This document shows, one piece after another, positions 42,167 through 51,647 of a stretch of 64,000 nucleotides of DNA (position 1 is its first letter; each line of letters starts with the position of its first letter). The stretch covers positions 1,696,001 to 1,760,000 of the forward strand of contig OZ242195.1 of the NCBI GenBank assembly GCA_965205975.1, in the 5' to 3' direction. The notes under the pieces are model-generated. The model was not told the origin of the DNA. It did not search any database and worked only from the letters and a program-made list of their open reading frames with translations. Origin of the DNA: Candidatus Latescibacterota bacterium (GTDB lineage: Bacteria > Latescibacterota > UBA2968). A program made the position numbers and the translations under genes.

Positions 42167-44974
42167 TTATGACCCTTCCCTGCCAAAGGCATTGACAAAG
42201 ATCAGAAAATCGCCAAATCCAATGACGCCATCTTCATCCAGATCATACTTCGCGTCATACTGCTCATCGCCGCGACTTAATCCAAACTGGCTTGCAAAGA
42301 GCAAAAAGTCACTCAAATCAACCCGCCCATCGCCATTAAAGTCAGAATTAGGAGTTTGAGGTGTAATGTATAGCGACATATCCCATAGCAGAACCGTGCC
42401 ATCTCTTGACCTCGAAGCGAGTAACATTCCATCGGGGGAAAACATTATAGAAGATACTCCTAAGTGCTCAAAAGTAGCGATGGAGCGGCCTGTCATAACA
42501 TCCCACAGTTTGACTGTATTATCCCCTGGTTCTGAAGCGAGCGTTGTACCATCAGGCGAAAATACCACAGAATTAACAGCATTAGTATGCCCCTCCAGCG
42601 CGGCGATATTGCGTCCCGTCGAAACTTCCCATAACTCAATCGATCCACTATTTCCCCCTAACGCCAGCATCGTCCCATCAGGTGAGAACTCAGGTGAAAA
42701 CACCATAGAATGATACCAATTCGTTATATTGCGACCTGTCGCAACGTCCCACAGTTTGACTTCATTACGTTCTCTTGAAGCGAGGATTGTACCATCGGGC
42801 GAAAATGCTATAGCTCTGTCACTTCCACCTAAGATTCCTTTCCCTATACGAGTTATTGCACCATCAGGTAAATGCCATGTCCTATAATCACCACTCATGA
42901 TCGTAGGCGTTCCAATCCCCATCGACAGAAAACTTAAAGAATCGAGCCCTGAAACACTCACTTCAACTCTGTTCGGACCTGGATAGCTACCAAGTGTCAG
43001 GCGACTCTCTGCTCTTCCTGCAGCATCAGTCGTTGTGTTCTCAACAGTGAATCTTCCGGCAAATCTTCCTTCGCCTGCGGCGACTGTGAACGTGACCTGT
43101 ACATCTGGTAAGGGATTATCGTACTGATCTTTCACTTCAACGACAAACGGGTTTGCCAACTCCATACCGGGCGTGCCCTGCTGATTATCACCTGAGATTT
43201 TCACAAGTGTTCGAGGACGGGGTCGTATCCACTCAGACACAGCCCACAGTTTGATCGTGCCATCTTCTGATACCGAGGCAAGCGTTGTCCCATCAGGCGA
43301 AAATGCAATAGAATACACTGAACCCGTATGGCCGGAAATAGTGGCGATATTTTTTCTTGTCCCTACGTCCCACAGCCTAACCATAGTATCCGAGGCCCCT
43401 GAAGCAAGTGTTGTGCCATCGGAAGAAAACACCACAGAAGTGACTAAACCCGTATGTCTTAATGTGGCGATATTTTTTCTTGTCCCTACGTCCCACAGTC
43501 TGACAGTACCGTCATATCTCCCTCCTGCTGAAGCGAGTGTTGTGCCATCGGGCGAAAATGCCACAGAATACACCGAACCTGTATGCCTTAAAGTGGCGAT
43601 ATTTTCTCTTGTTGCAATATTCCATAGCCTGACCGTATTATCCCATGCTCCTGAGGCAAGTATTTTGCCACTGGGAGAAAATGATACAGAAGTGACAAAA
43701 CCTGTATGACCTTCAAGAGTAGCGATATGGTACGGCGAAATTTCCGAAAGCACAAAAAACTCTCGGCTTACATTACCATAACTATCAACTGCTTCGACAA
43801 AAATCGGATGCGCCGGAGGGTCGGAAAGACTTGAAGATACAGCAGATGGAATAACGCCATCATACTCAAATTCAACTACAGCATCTTTTGCATCCAGCAA
43901 TCCACGGCACAATTTCACTTCAGAACCTCCGGCGGCGGAGTGTGGTTCTCTTGTTTTAACGAATAGAAGCACTTGATGGAGCCCATCTGGATCACTAACT
44001 TTCAGTTGAACAGAGACGCTCTTTGATCCTGCTGTATATACGGATGGCGAGATGAGTTCTATTGTCGGTCCCGGTGTCGCTTCATCTGGAATATTGAGAT
44101 TGAAGTAGGGATGTACAGCCAAAAATTCGGCAGCACACGCAGATAGAGAGTGTCGTTGACCACCACCATACGACATGATGTAATTTCCATCCCTAAAGTC
44201 GTGCGACAAGCCGAAGGCATGTCCAAGCTCGTGTGCCGCTATGTGGAAGCTAAATCCACCAGGAACTAACGCAGATCCGCTATTTCTTCCCCCACCACCG
44301 ACTCCTGCTATACGCCTGCCATTAACACTACCAATTGCATCTATACTATTGTCGATGACAACGAGGTAAACGTTATTCGCTTCGGTATCAAACACTTGTT
44401 TAACCTCGTCGTAAACAGTAGCAGGTGTGTTGTCCAGATAGTGACTGTCAGGATATTGGCCATCCAGACGATGAATTAGTGGTTCGCCTTGGGTGTCGGT
44501 CTCAAAGCGAAAGGTCTTGTAACCATATCCATGTGCCTGCATCTGCTCAGCATAAAAGGTCTGAATCTGGCGAATTGCTACTTTCATCGAATCAACCACT
44601 TCCTGACGAAACGGACGGTCATTCGGCAAGAAATAGATCATCCGCACAGTACGAGGTTCGCCGACGTTTAGATTAAGTGCGTGCTTTGTAGCGGCGTAGA
44701 TGCTATCGCGTGCTCGCATATCTTCGAGATTGAGAGGCAGGCAGAAATGCAGATTGTTCGATGGCTGTGGAGAAGCATGACCGATAGACGAGAAGCAACC
44801 ACAGATAAACGCAGATAGACACAGATAAAAGGCAAAAGGCGAAAAACAACCAACATACAGGCAGACTACTCGCATGGCTTTTGGACGGACGACGCTATAC
44901 AAGAGGTAGGGCAATGTAAATAAGCACGCGCTCAATACACTTGCAGATGAAAAACGAAGATTTGGATTTTTCAT
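42167..44974 (-). CDS. Secreted zinc metallopeptidase-WD40-Big1(invasin-like)-WD40-dockerin/EF-hand protein
   Basis: HELGHAFGLSHD, many GH..V.SV.FSPDG..LAS...D.TV.LWD repeats, KISGDNQQG, DFNGDGRVDLSDF; start uncertain. Confidence 0.85.
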   Translation of the reverse strand: MKNPNLRFSSASVLSACLFTLPYLLYSVVRPKAMRVVCLYVGCFSPFAFYLCLSAFICGCFSSIGHASPQPSNNLHFCLPLNLEDMRARDSIYAATKHALNLNVGEPRTVRMIYFLPNDRPFRQEVVDSMKVAIRQIQTFYAEQMQAHGYGYKTFRFETDTQGEPLIHRLDGQYPDSHYLDNTPATVYDEVKQVFDTEANNVYLVVIDNSIDAIGSVNGRRIAGVGGGGRNSGSALVPGGFSFHIAAHELGHAFGLSHDFRDGNYIMSYGGGQRHSLSACAAEFLAVHPYFNLNIPDEATPGPTIELISPSVYTAGSKSVSVQLKVSDPDGLHQVLLFVKTREPHSAAGGSEVKLCRGLLDAKDAVVEFEYDGVIPSAVSSSLSDPPAHPIFVEAVDSYGNVSREFFVLSEISPYHIATLEGHTGFVTSVSFSPSGKILASGAWDNTVRLWNIATRENIATLRHTGSVYSVAFSPDGTTLASAGGRYDGTVRLWDVGTRKNIATLRHTGLVTSVVFSSDGTTLASGASDTMVRLWDVGTRKNIATISGHTGSVYSIAFSPDGTTLASVSEDGTIKLWAVSEWIRPRPRTLVKISGDNQQGTPGMELANPFVVEVKDQYDNPLPDVQVTFTVAAGEGRFAGRFTVENTTTDAAGRAESRLTLGSYPGPNRVEVSVSGLDSLSFLSMGIGTPTIMSGDYRTWHLPDGAITRIGKGILGGSDRAIAFSPDGTILASRERNEVKLWDVATGRNITNWYHSMVFSPEFSPDGTMLALGGNSGSIELWEVSTGRNIAALEGHTNAVNSVVFSPDGTTLASEPGDNTVKLWDVMTGRSIATFEHLGVSSIMFSPDGMLLASRSRDGTVLLWDMSLYITPQTPNSDFNGDGRVDLSDFLLFASQFGLSRGDEQYDAKYDLDEDGVIGFGDFLIFVNAFGREGS
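43341..43498. repeat. 35-bp identical direct repeat between adjacent WD40 blades
   Basis: gtggcgatattttttcttgtccctacgtcccacag at 43341-43375 and 43464-43498. Confidence 0.9.
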
Positions 44975-45591
44975 TAGTATTGTGGTCCTTTATCCACAAA
45001 TTCCTCTTCCATGTTCTCAAATACGCGTAACCGTTTGAAGGCAGTATTCACCTTGGTTTGAAATGAAGCACGCCCCGGATTGCCCAGATCCTGATTCTCA
45101 TAAATGGCTTGCGTCACCAGGTCCACTGCGCCACAGGCCGATGTAATGGCACCACTGTAATCACCTTCAATAAGCCGAGACATTGCTCGACCAAGCTCAG
45201 TCGCAGCAGATTGTGGAATAAACTGGGCTTCTCTTGCATCGAGTTCCTGAACGGGGACGAAGTTGCCATCTATAAACTGATAACCATGACGGCCCAGAAT
45301 ATCTTGGGTGTTGGCGTCCAATTCAGAATTGTGTTCTGTAAGCCGCTCAGCCAGAATACGTAAGGCTGTCTCTTGGAAAGATTCGCTCATCTGTCCGAAC
45401 AACCGATCTACGGCTGGCATCACCTCGGCTCTACTTCCAGCACCGCCACGCGCTTCAGAGTTGGCTGTGATCTGAGAGACATTAAACCCTGCTGCAGCTA
45501 CTGTATTTCTGATATTCTGAACTGATAGATTATTGAGTTCGGAGCGAAGGGCACCGAATAGCCGTGTCTTATCTTCCTTCGATAATGGCAT
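44974..45591 (-). CDS. Hypothetical protein, abortive-infection (Abi_C-like) family, apparently C-terminally truncated
   Basis: RL..GDYSGAITSACGAVDLV..AI pattern; ends without an RN/RxxxxH-type motif; TAATG overlap with the next gene. Confidence 0.5.
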   Translation of the reverse strand: MPLSKEDKTRLFGALRSELNNLSVQNIRNTVAAAGFNVSQITANSEARGGAGSRAEVMPAVDRLFGQMSESFQETALRILAERLTEHNSELDANTQDILGRHGYQFIDGNFVPVQELDAREAQFIPQSAATELGRAMSRLIEGDYSGAITSACGAVDLVTQAIYENQDLGNPGRASFQTKVNTAFKRLRVFENMEEEFVDKGPQY

Positions 45592-45632
45592 GGGGTTCCT
45601 CCTGTAACAATTTAGATATTTGGGCAGGCGAT

Positions 45633-46235
45633 TTAAGATTGTTGCCCCATATCATCCGGATCAATGGGAGTACCATTAGACAACTTAGATTTTATTGCCA
45701 TTTCAAGATTCCAGAGCACGACGATCACCTTTCCAAATCTATCCAATATTGGGCTATCATCACCTAAAAGGGCTTTCAGTTGATCTTCAAGTGACTCAGC
45801 CTTTGACCAAAAATCCGAAATAATTTTAAGTGCTTTTTCTTCTTTTTTCTTTTCTGCCTTAGCCTGCATCTCTAATAACATTTTGAAAAGCGAGATAAGG
45901 TTTTCAACAATCACATCTCGAGATATCTTATGGCTCTCGGAACATCTATTGAGCAAACGCAAAACTCCTCTACTAATGACAAATGTTTTTCGCGTCTGTT
46001 TTGTAGAAATGACTTCTGGATTTTCTTTTGAGGTTTTGATTGCAACATCGACGAAATTTTCGTCAGAACACATGAGATCGAAAATTTCTTTGGGTTTAAG
46101 ATTATTTGTTTTAATGAGCCAATCAATTGCATTGTTACTACTATCGCTCAATTTGAATGTGGTACGCACGGACTGTTTGTCTGTCTGTGACACCCGATCC
46201 AGATTTCTAAAAACTTGATTGATCTGTTTTTCCAT
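45633..46235 (-). CDS. Hypothetical protein with two RHH-like repeats
   Basis: SVRTTFKLS...; QTRKTFVISRGVLRLLNRCSESHKISRDVIVENLI; AT-rich. Confidence 0.5.
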   Translation of the reverse strand: MEKQINQVFRNLDRVSQTDKQSVRTTFKLSDSSNNAIDWLIKTNNLKPKEIFDLMCSDENFVDVAIKTSKENPEVISTKQTRKTFVISRGVLRLLNRCSESHKISRDVIVENLISLFKMLLEMQAKAEKKKEEKALKIISDFWSKAESLEDQLKALLGDDSPILDRFGKVIVVLWNLEMAIKSKLSNGTPIDPDDMGQQS

Positions 46236-46394
46236 GATTTCTCCTTTCTGCAAAGATAAGTGAAGGACATAAGATAGATACTAAAAAATTAAAGTGTGTC
46301 AATAAAATTCTTGATGTATTTTTATATAAAATAAATTATTTCGTAATCAAAAATAAAAACCTACATCTTTTAGAATTGGTCTTTTCCCGCGGAT

Positions 46395-46432
46395 AAAAAA
46401 AATACCGCCCTCCCGATATTGGGAGAGCGGCA
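46395..46432 (-). terminator. Intrinsic terminator closing the bat-containing operon
   Basis: TGCCGCTCTCCC-AATATC-GGGAGGGCGGTA-TTTTTTTT. Confidence 0.85.
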
Positions 46433-46499
46433 CAGAATGGGCCAGTGCAAAGGAATTCTCGATAGCCCGGTCTGTTCCAGCGATCAGTCAGGCGGCGGG

Positions 46500-47132
46500 C
46501 TACCACACCTCAGGCACGCCCGCTGGCTCGTCCCAAGTCTGCTCCCTGACGATTTGTCTCAACAGCCCCTCCACAGGCATCAACGCAACATTCACCGCTG
46601 CGACTGCGGGATTCAAGATACCATCCTGATACGCCGGATGTCCCATTTTGACCATCTCGTGTTTCAAACTCCCCTTGCTCACTCTCATCCGCGTAGCCCG
46701 GGGGGACTTCGCCTTCAATATCTCAAGGGATGCATCTGCAAGACCGATACACAGGCTTTGCAAGTCTGCTTCACCCATTACTTCCTCCCAATGGGGTAAA
46801 TCGGTCAGGTCCTCATACACCGAGTTCGCAATGATGTACCGGAACCAATTCTCCCATGTCCGCTCCGCAGGCGTGTTCCAGAACCGGTCCCCAGGAATTT
46901 CGTCCTCTACGACATCGTGCTCATCTTCCTCACCAGATGCACCGAAACGCACGATGGTATAGATGATCCCGATTATGAGACTGGCAATCATAGATAGCAG
47001 GGCACCTTCAAACAGAGAGAAGGGCAGAAAAAGCGTCAAGAGCCAGCCGATCAAAAGAAAAATGCCGAGCACAAGGGCAAGGCTGATAATCACTATAATA
47101 ACCGTCAGAAGACCTGGAAGAATAGCACCCAT
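46500..47132 (-). CDS. Hypothetical membrane protein
   Basis: N-terminal hydrophobic helices then a soluble domain; AAGGA RBS. Confidence 0.7.
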   Translation of the reverse strand: MGAILPGLLTVIIVIISLALVLGIFLLIGWLLTLFLPFSLFEGALLSMIASLIIGIIYTIVRFGASGEEDEHDVVEDEIPGDRFWNTPAERTWENWFRYIIANSVYEDLTDLPHWEEVMGEADLQSLCIGLADASLEILKAKSPRATRMRVSKGSLKHEMVKMGHPAYQDGILNPAVAAVNVALMPVEGLLRQIVREQTWDEPAGVPEVW

Positions 47133-47195
47133 AACTCTATATCCTTCATCAAAACGCGTTCTAAGTCAAAAATGGTTAGAACGCCTATCGCCCTC

Positions 47196-47963
47196 TCAAA
47201 TCCGCTCCAACGCACGCGCCTCAATCCAGCCGCCGAGGCCCGATCGCAGGCGCACCAGCAACCACCCACCTTCAACGCGCTCAATCTCGACCTTGGTGCC
47301 TTCATGGAGGGTGAACACCTGTAAAAAATCGGAGCCAGGCCCGCTGCGGCCAATAGCCTCATCCACCAGAATGATAGCTTTGGGAATGCTGTGTTGATGC
47401 GCCTTAAACGCCAGCATAGTCGCACTGCCCAAAAGTCCGCCTACAAAAACCACCAGCAACCCACCCCACAGCAAACGACGGACCGGCACAAAAATCCAAC
47501 ACACCGCCACACCGCCTATCAAAAAAACAAACACACAAACCATAACTGCCAACGCGTCGAGGGTAAAAAACGCAAAAACCGCTTGCAAAAACCGCGTCAA
47601 AATATTGACGTCATCTTCGGTTTCTCGATCTATCTTCTGGGCATTGGCAAACTGCAAATTCGCCAGAACATCCCGATCGCCCGGCATCAAATTCAAAGCG
47701 CGTTCATAAGATAGAATCGCACGCCCGAGTTGCGCGTTTTTAAAATACGCATTGCCCAGATTATAATACACCTCACCATTGTTCAGCCCCTGGGCAATAA
47801 CGCGCTCATAAGCCGAAATCGCCGCATCAAAATCCCCGGCGCGATAGTATTCATTGCCCCGATTGTACAGCGCGACAAGAGCTTCTGAGGCGAATACCGC
47901 ATCCACGCCAAGTATCGCAACTGCGACAACGGGGTATAACAACCGTTCTATCACCGTCCTCAT
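47196..47963 (-). CDS. batE: BatE-like TPR/SH3 membrane protein
   Basis: YYNLGNAYFK...AILSYERAL, 2 TMs, FTLHEGTKV...GW. Confidence 0.85.
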   Translation of the reverse strand: MRTVIERLLYPVVAVAILGVDAVFASEALVALYNRGNEYYRAGDFDAAISAYERVIAQGLNNGEVYYNLGNAYFKNAQLGRAILSYERALNLMPGDRDVLANLQFANAQKIDRETEDDVNILTRFLQAVFAFFTLDALAVMVCVFVFLIGGVAVCWIFVPVRRLLWGGLLVVFVGGLLGSATMLAFKAHQHSIPKAIILVDEAIGRSGPGSDFLQVFTLHEGTKVEIERVEGGWLLVRLRSGLGGWIEARALERI

Positions 47964-47965
47964 AA

Positions 47966-49804
47966 CTAAATACACCGCTCCAGCGCACCGATCAAATCTT
48001 CGGTCTGCGCGAACAGCGCCTGCATCTGCTCAGCCGAAATCTGTCCCGGCGCAAACCGCGCCTGATCGCATTGACCAAATACGTCCTGAACGCCCGAAAT
48101 TACCTGTGCATCTACACCGTGCCCCACCAGCACAGCACCAATCTGGTCCGCCGTTAAACCCGCCGCAGCGCGATTGGTTCGATCTGCGACAAACTGCGCC
48201 AAAGACCTGTGAACTTCACCGTGAAAACCCGCGCTATCTCCCGCCTCCATTAACCCTTTCGCCTTGCCCAACCGCCGCTGTGCTTCCGAGCGCGAACGCC
48301 TTCTGCGCGCATAAGCGACATCACCTGCCAGACGCGCGCGATGACGCCGATAAGCATACGCGCCAACCACCCCCAAAAAGGGAACCAACTGCAAAAGCCA
48401 AAACCCACTGCGCTGATAGAGTAACAGACTCTGATCGACCAAATGCATTCGATCGGGCTTGATATACCGAATATCGCTGCCCAGCGCGCGCACTTCTTCA
48501 CCCCGCAACCCGTCAACTGGCTGCGGAGCCAATTCACCTGGCGTCACATGCAACGTAATGGGTTTGGTCTGTACGGTTTTATACCGCCTCTGCACAGGAT
48601 CAAAATAGGCCAGGGTAAAAGGCGGTAATATCACCTGCCCCGCTTTTTGCGGGATAGCCACATATTCAAAAGTTTTTTTTCCGCTTATACCCTGCTTTTG
48701 TGTTTCCAAATTCGTCTTGGGATCATAAAACTTAAACCGCGCCCGGTCAGGACGAATCGGCTCGCCAATCGCGTGCAAGTTTCCCGCTCCCTGTACCACC
48801 ACCTTCACAGCAACGGGATCGCCAGCTTTTACCTTACCTGGAATCGCCTCAGCGCGCATCTCAAATTGCCCAACAGCACCGCCAAACCCCTTCGGCGCAC
48901 CAGCTGGCAACGGTTTCACCTCAATTTCAATATCGCCTGACCGCACTGTCACCTGCTGCGTATCAAATGCACTGAATGGATCAAAATCGAACAGACCGCG
49001 CGACCGTCGCCCCGCAACAATTTCGCAATTCACCTCAAGTTGCTCCAGGGCGTGCTTACCCGCCGTTGTCGGAAACAGCGCCAAACGCTTGAGCAATGCC
49101 GTATTAAACGCGCGCCCATCGACAACCTCTCGCTGCATATTCAAACGCTGAGCATCAAACACAGTCTCTGCCCAAAATCCCGTAAATGTCGGCACATGGC
49201 CGTATTGCACATTTCGCAAATCATAACGCGTAAACAATTTATAGGTCACTCCCACTTGTTCCCCCACATAAACCACTCGCTTTTCGGGAATCGCCTGCAA
49301 AAACAAATTTTGTTCAATCTCCCGAATCTCTGATCCTCCCATTGACCGTCCTGTTGGTGGCGCGGGGCGCGTCTGCGGACGACCACTCCTTTTCACGACC
49401 TCAACGCGCACCTGATCAGACTGAATCGTCTTACCATCATGAGCCAACTGTGCCGGACCGAGCACATAAGTGCCTTGTCTCTGTGCGCGAAAAGAGAAAA
49501 CATACGCCGTCGTGCGCTTTGTTGTCATCTCGCCATTGACAATATTAACGGACATTGACGTAGAAGACGTACTACCCGTCAATTGCAACCCATCAGGCGT
49601 GGGAACCTGGGGCGCAGACACACTCCCCATCTGCGCAGCCTCAACCTCCACAGTAAACCGAATCAGATCGCCAACTTCTACCCGAGTGCGATCTACTGAC
49701 GCCTGCACCGTCACATCCTGTGCATCAACCCCCTGTGCCCACAACAGAGCAAACAAAACACCGCACAAAAATATCCACCTTTTCCTACCATGCATTGCCA
49801 TCAT
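47966..49804 (-). CDS. batD: BatD protein
   Basis: Signal peptide, VYVGEQ, LPAGAPKGFGGAVGQF, YFDP, SDIRYIK, ARFAP. Confidence 0.88.
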   Translation of the reverse strand: MMAMHGRKRWIFLCGVLFALLWAQGVDAQDVTVQASVDRTRVEVGDLIRFTVEVEAAQMGSVSAPQVPTPDGLQLTGSTSSTSMSVNIVNGEMTTKRTTAYVFSFRAQRQGTYVLGPAQLAHDGKTIQSDQVRVEVVKRSGRPQTRPAPPTGRSMGGSEIREIEQNLFLQAIPEKRVVYVGEQVGVTYKLFTRYDLRNVQYGHVPTFTGFWAETVFDAQRLNMQREVVDGRAFNTALLKRLALFPTTAGKHALEQLEVNCEIVAGRRSRGLFDFDPFSAFDTQQVTVRSGDIEIEVKPLPAGAPKGFGGAVGQFEMRAEAIPGKVKAGDPVAVKVVVQGAGNLHAIGEPIRPDRARFKFYDPKTNLETQKQGISGKKTFEYVAIPQKAGQVILPPFTLAYFDPVQRRYKTVQTKPITLHVTPGELAPQPVDGLRGEEVRALGSDIRYIKPDRMHLVDQSLLLYQRSGFWLLQLVPFLGVVGAYAYRRHRARLAGDVAYARRRRSRSEAQRRLGKAKGLMEAGDSAGFHGEVHRSLAQFVADRTNRAAAGLTADQIGAVLVGHGVDAQVISGVQDVFGQCDQARFAPGQISAEQMQALFAQTEDLIGALERCI

Positions 49805-50513
49805 ATCGCCTGCCCCGCAACTTCAATTTGCGTCGCTTCTGGGATTCTTCTTCTCGTGCCTTCATAGCATTGAGAATCCGCGCCGCCTCCTCGGGCGTCA
49901 TCTCTCTGGGATCGGGCTGTTGGTCCTGCTGTTGATTCTGTTGATCCTGTTGATCCTGTTGATCCTGTTGATCCTGGTCCTGATTCTGATCTTGCTGATT
50001 CTGGTCTTGATTTTGACTTTGGTCCTGCTGATCCCGATTTTGATCTTGTTCTTTATCCTGTTCATCCTGTTGATTTTTATCCTGCCTATCCTGATCCAGT
50101 TTTTCCAATGCCAATTCTAAATTAATTTTGGCGTCTATATCATCCGGTTTCAGTTCCAGCGATTTTTTATAAGCCCCCACAGCCTCCTGAAACTTCTCCT
50201 GCCGAAACAGCGCATTGCCCAAATTGTAATGTGCAGCGGCAGACATATCCGGATGAGTACCTTCTGCGGCACGTCCCATCTCCTGCAAAGCCTCGGCATA
50301 TTTGCCCTGCTTGTAGAGCGCATCACCAGCATTAAAATGCAACTCCGGTCGGGGTTGCCCCTCTTGCTGCGCTTCCAAATACCGACGCAATGCAGCTTCA
50401 TACTCCCCCTTCTCAAACAGAGCATTGCCCTCTTCATTCTTTTTTGCCACGGGATCGAGGAATGTCCACCCCAGGAATGGCACCGCCAGCAAAACATATA
50501 AAAATCGCGTCAT
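49785..50513 (-). CDS. batC: BatC-like TPR protein with Q/D-rich linker
   Basis: HYNLGNALF, DAKINLELA, QDQ repeats, EEAARILNAM. Confidence 0.85.
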   Translation of the reverse strand: MTRFLYVLLAVPFLGWTFLDPVAKKNEEGNALFEKGEYEAALRRYLEAQQEGQPRPELHFNAGDALYKQGKYAEALQEMGRAAEGTHPDMSAAAHYNLGNALFRQEKFQEAVGAYKKSLELKPDDIDAKINLELALEKLDQDRQDKNQQDEQDKEQDQNRDQQDQSQNQDQNQQDQNQDQDQQDQQDQQDQQNQQQDQQPDPREMTPEEAARILNAMKAREEESQKRRKLKLRGRRYDGNAW

Positions 50514-50523
50514 AAAAAAGCCT

Positions 50524-50620
50524 CTTTGTAGTCAGTAGCCGGTTGTCAGTCCCATCCCCCAGCCCCTTTTTATCTCAATTCATCTGCGTTCATCTGCGTC
50601 CATCTGCGGATACCTTTCGC
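50524..50620. repeat. Composite intergenic repeat element (GTCAGT part plus CATCTGCG tandem)
   Basis: gtagtcagtagccggttgtcagt...ccagccc...catctgcgttcatctgcgtccatctgcggatacctttc. Confidence 0.75.
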
Positions 50621-50621
50621 T

Positions 50622-51647
50622 TCATCCCTCAAATCGCCCGCGCCATGCTTCTTCACTGCGTCGCCGATCCGATAACAGAGCCTCGCTCACAAAACAAAAC
50701 AGCGCAAGAGCCAGCGGCCATTGAAACCTGTGAATATACTGTGCGTAACGCTGCGTCCCCAAATCGCGCTTCTCCATCTCTGAAATCCGTTCATGCACCG
50801 CCTGCAATCCAATCCCTCCGCCGCTGGCACGCACATATAAACCATCGGTCACACGCGCAATCTCCTTCAGAATTGCTTCATCCAACCGCGTCTTGACAAT
50901 CTTGCCCTCAGAATCCTTCAAATAATCTACTCTATCGCCATCGCGGATCGGAATTAACTCACCCTCCGCAGTCCCTACACCCACAGCAAAAATTCGCACA
51001 TCTTCTGCCGCTGCCGCGCGCGCTGCTGCAATGGGGTCGCCCCCATGATTTTCACCATCTGTAATCAAAATGAGCGCTTTGTATTTCCCATTGCGCGACC
51101 CAAATCCTCGAATGGCCGCGCGAATCGCTTCGGCAACTGCCGTGCCCTGCTCTGAAATCAATGTAACATCGACCTGTCCCAAAAACATCTTTGCCGCACC
51201 ATAATCCAATGTAAGCGGACAGAGTACATGGCTATACCCGGCAAAAGCTACTAAACCGATGCGGTCGCCTTCAAGGCGATCGATCAACCCCTCAATTTCA
51301 AAACGCGCGCGATCCAGCCTATTGGGCTTAATATCCTCGGCCAGCATACTCAACGACGTATCCAGAACAATTACCAGATCAACGCCACGGCGATGGATCA
51401 ATTCCAATTCGGTGCCTAACTGCGGTTGTACCAATGCCATAATCAAAAAAATGAATCCGACACACACCAGCGTGGATTTTATGCCTTGCCGCATGCGACT
51501 GACACCTGAAGCGAGTTTATCCATCAACTCGGGAGCACCAAACGCATACAGCGCCCTGCGCTTACGTCGAAATGCCCACCAATAAAAAAGCGCGAAAACC
51601 GGCACACACAAAAGAAAATAAAAAGCCTGTGGATCGCCAAATCGCAT
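50622..51647 (-). CDS. batB: BatB VWA-domain protein
   Basis: DTSLSM..EDIKPNRL, PLTLDY, ITDGENH. Confidence 0.9.
   Translation of the reverse strand: MRFGDPQAFYFLLCVPVFALFYWWAFRRKRRALYAFGAPELMDKLASGVSRMRQGIKSTLVCVGFIFLIMALVQPQLGTELELIHRRGVDLVIVLDTSLSMLAEDIKPNRLDRARFEIEGLIDRLEGDRIGLVAFAGYSHVLCPLTLDYGAAKMFLGQVDVTLISEQGTAVAEAIRAAIRGFGSRNGKYKALILITDGENHGGDPIAAARAAAAEDVRIFAVGVGTAEGELIPIRDGDRVDYLKDSEGKIVKTRLDEAILKEIARVTDGLYVRASGGGIGLQAVHERISEMEKRDLGTQRYAQYIHRFQWPLALALFCFVSEALLSDRRRSEEAWRGRFEG

Noticed and set aside
36155..46400. Integron/CALIN or prophage interpretation of the island
   Set aside because: No integrase, no repeated RYYYAAC...GTTRRRY sites, no phage structural genes and no flanking att repeats were found.
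49915..50100. Tandem gatcctgtt-like repeats resembling an array
   Set aside because: They encode the Q/D-rich linker normal for BatC; there are no spacers, so this is not CRISPR.
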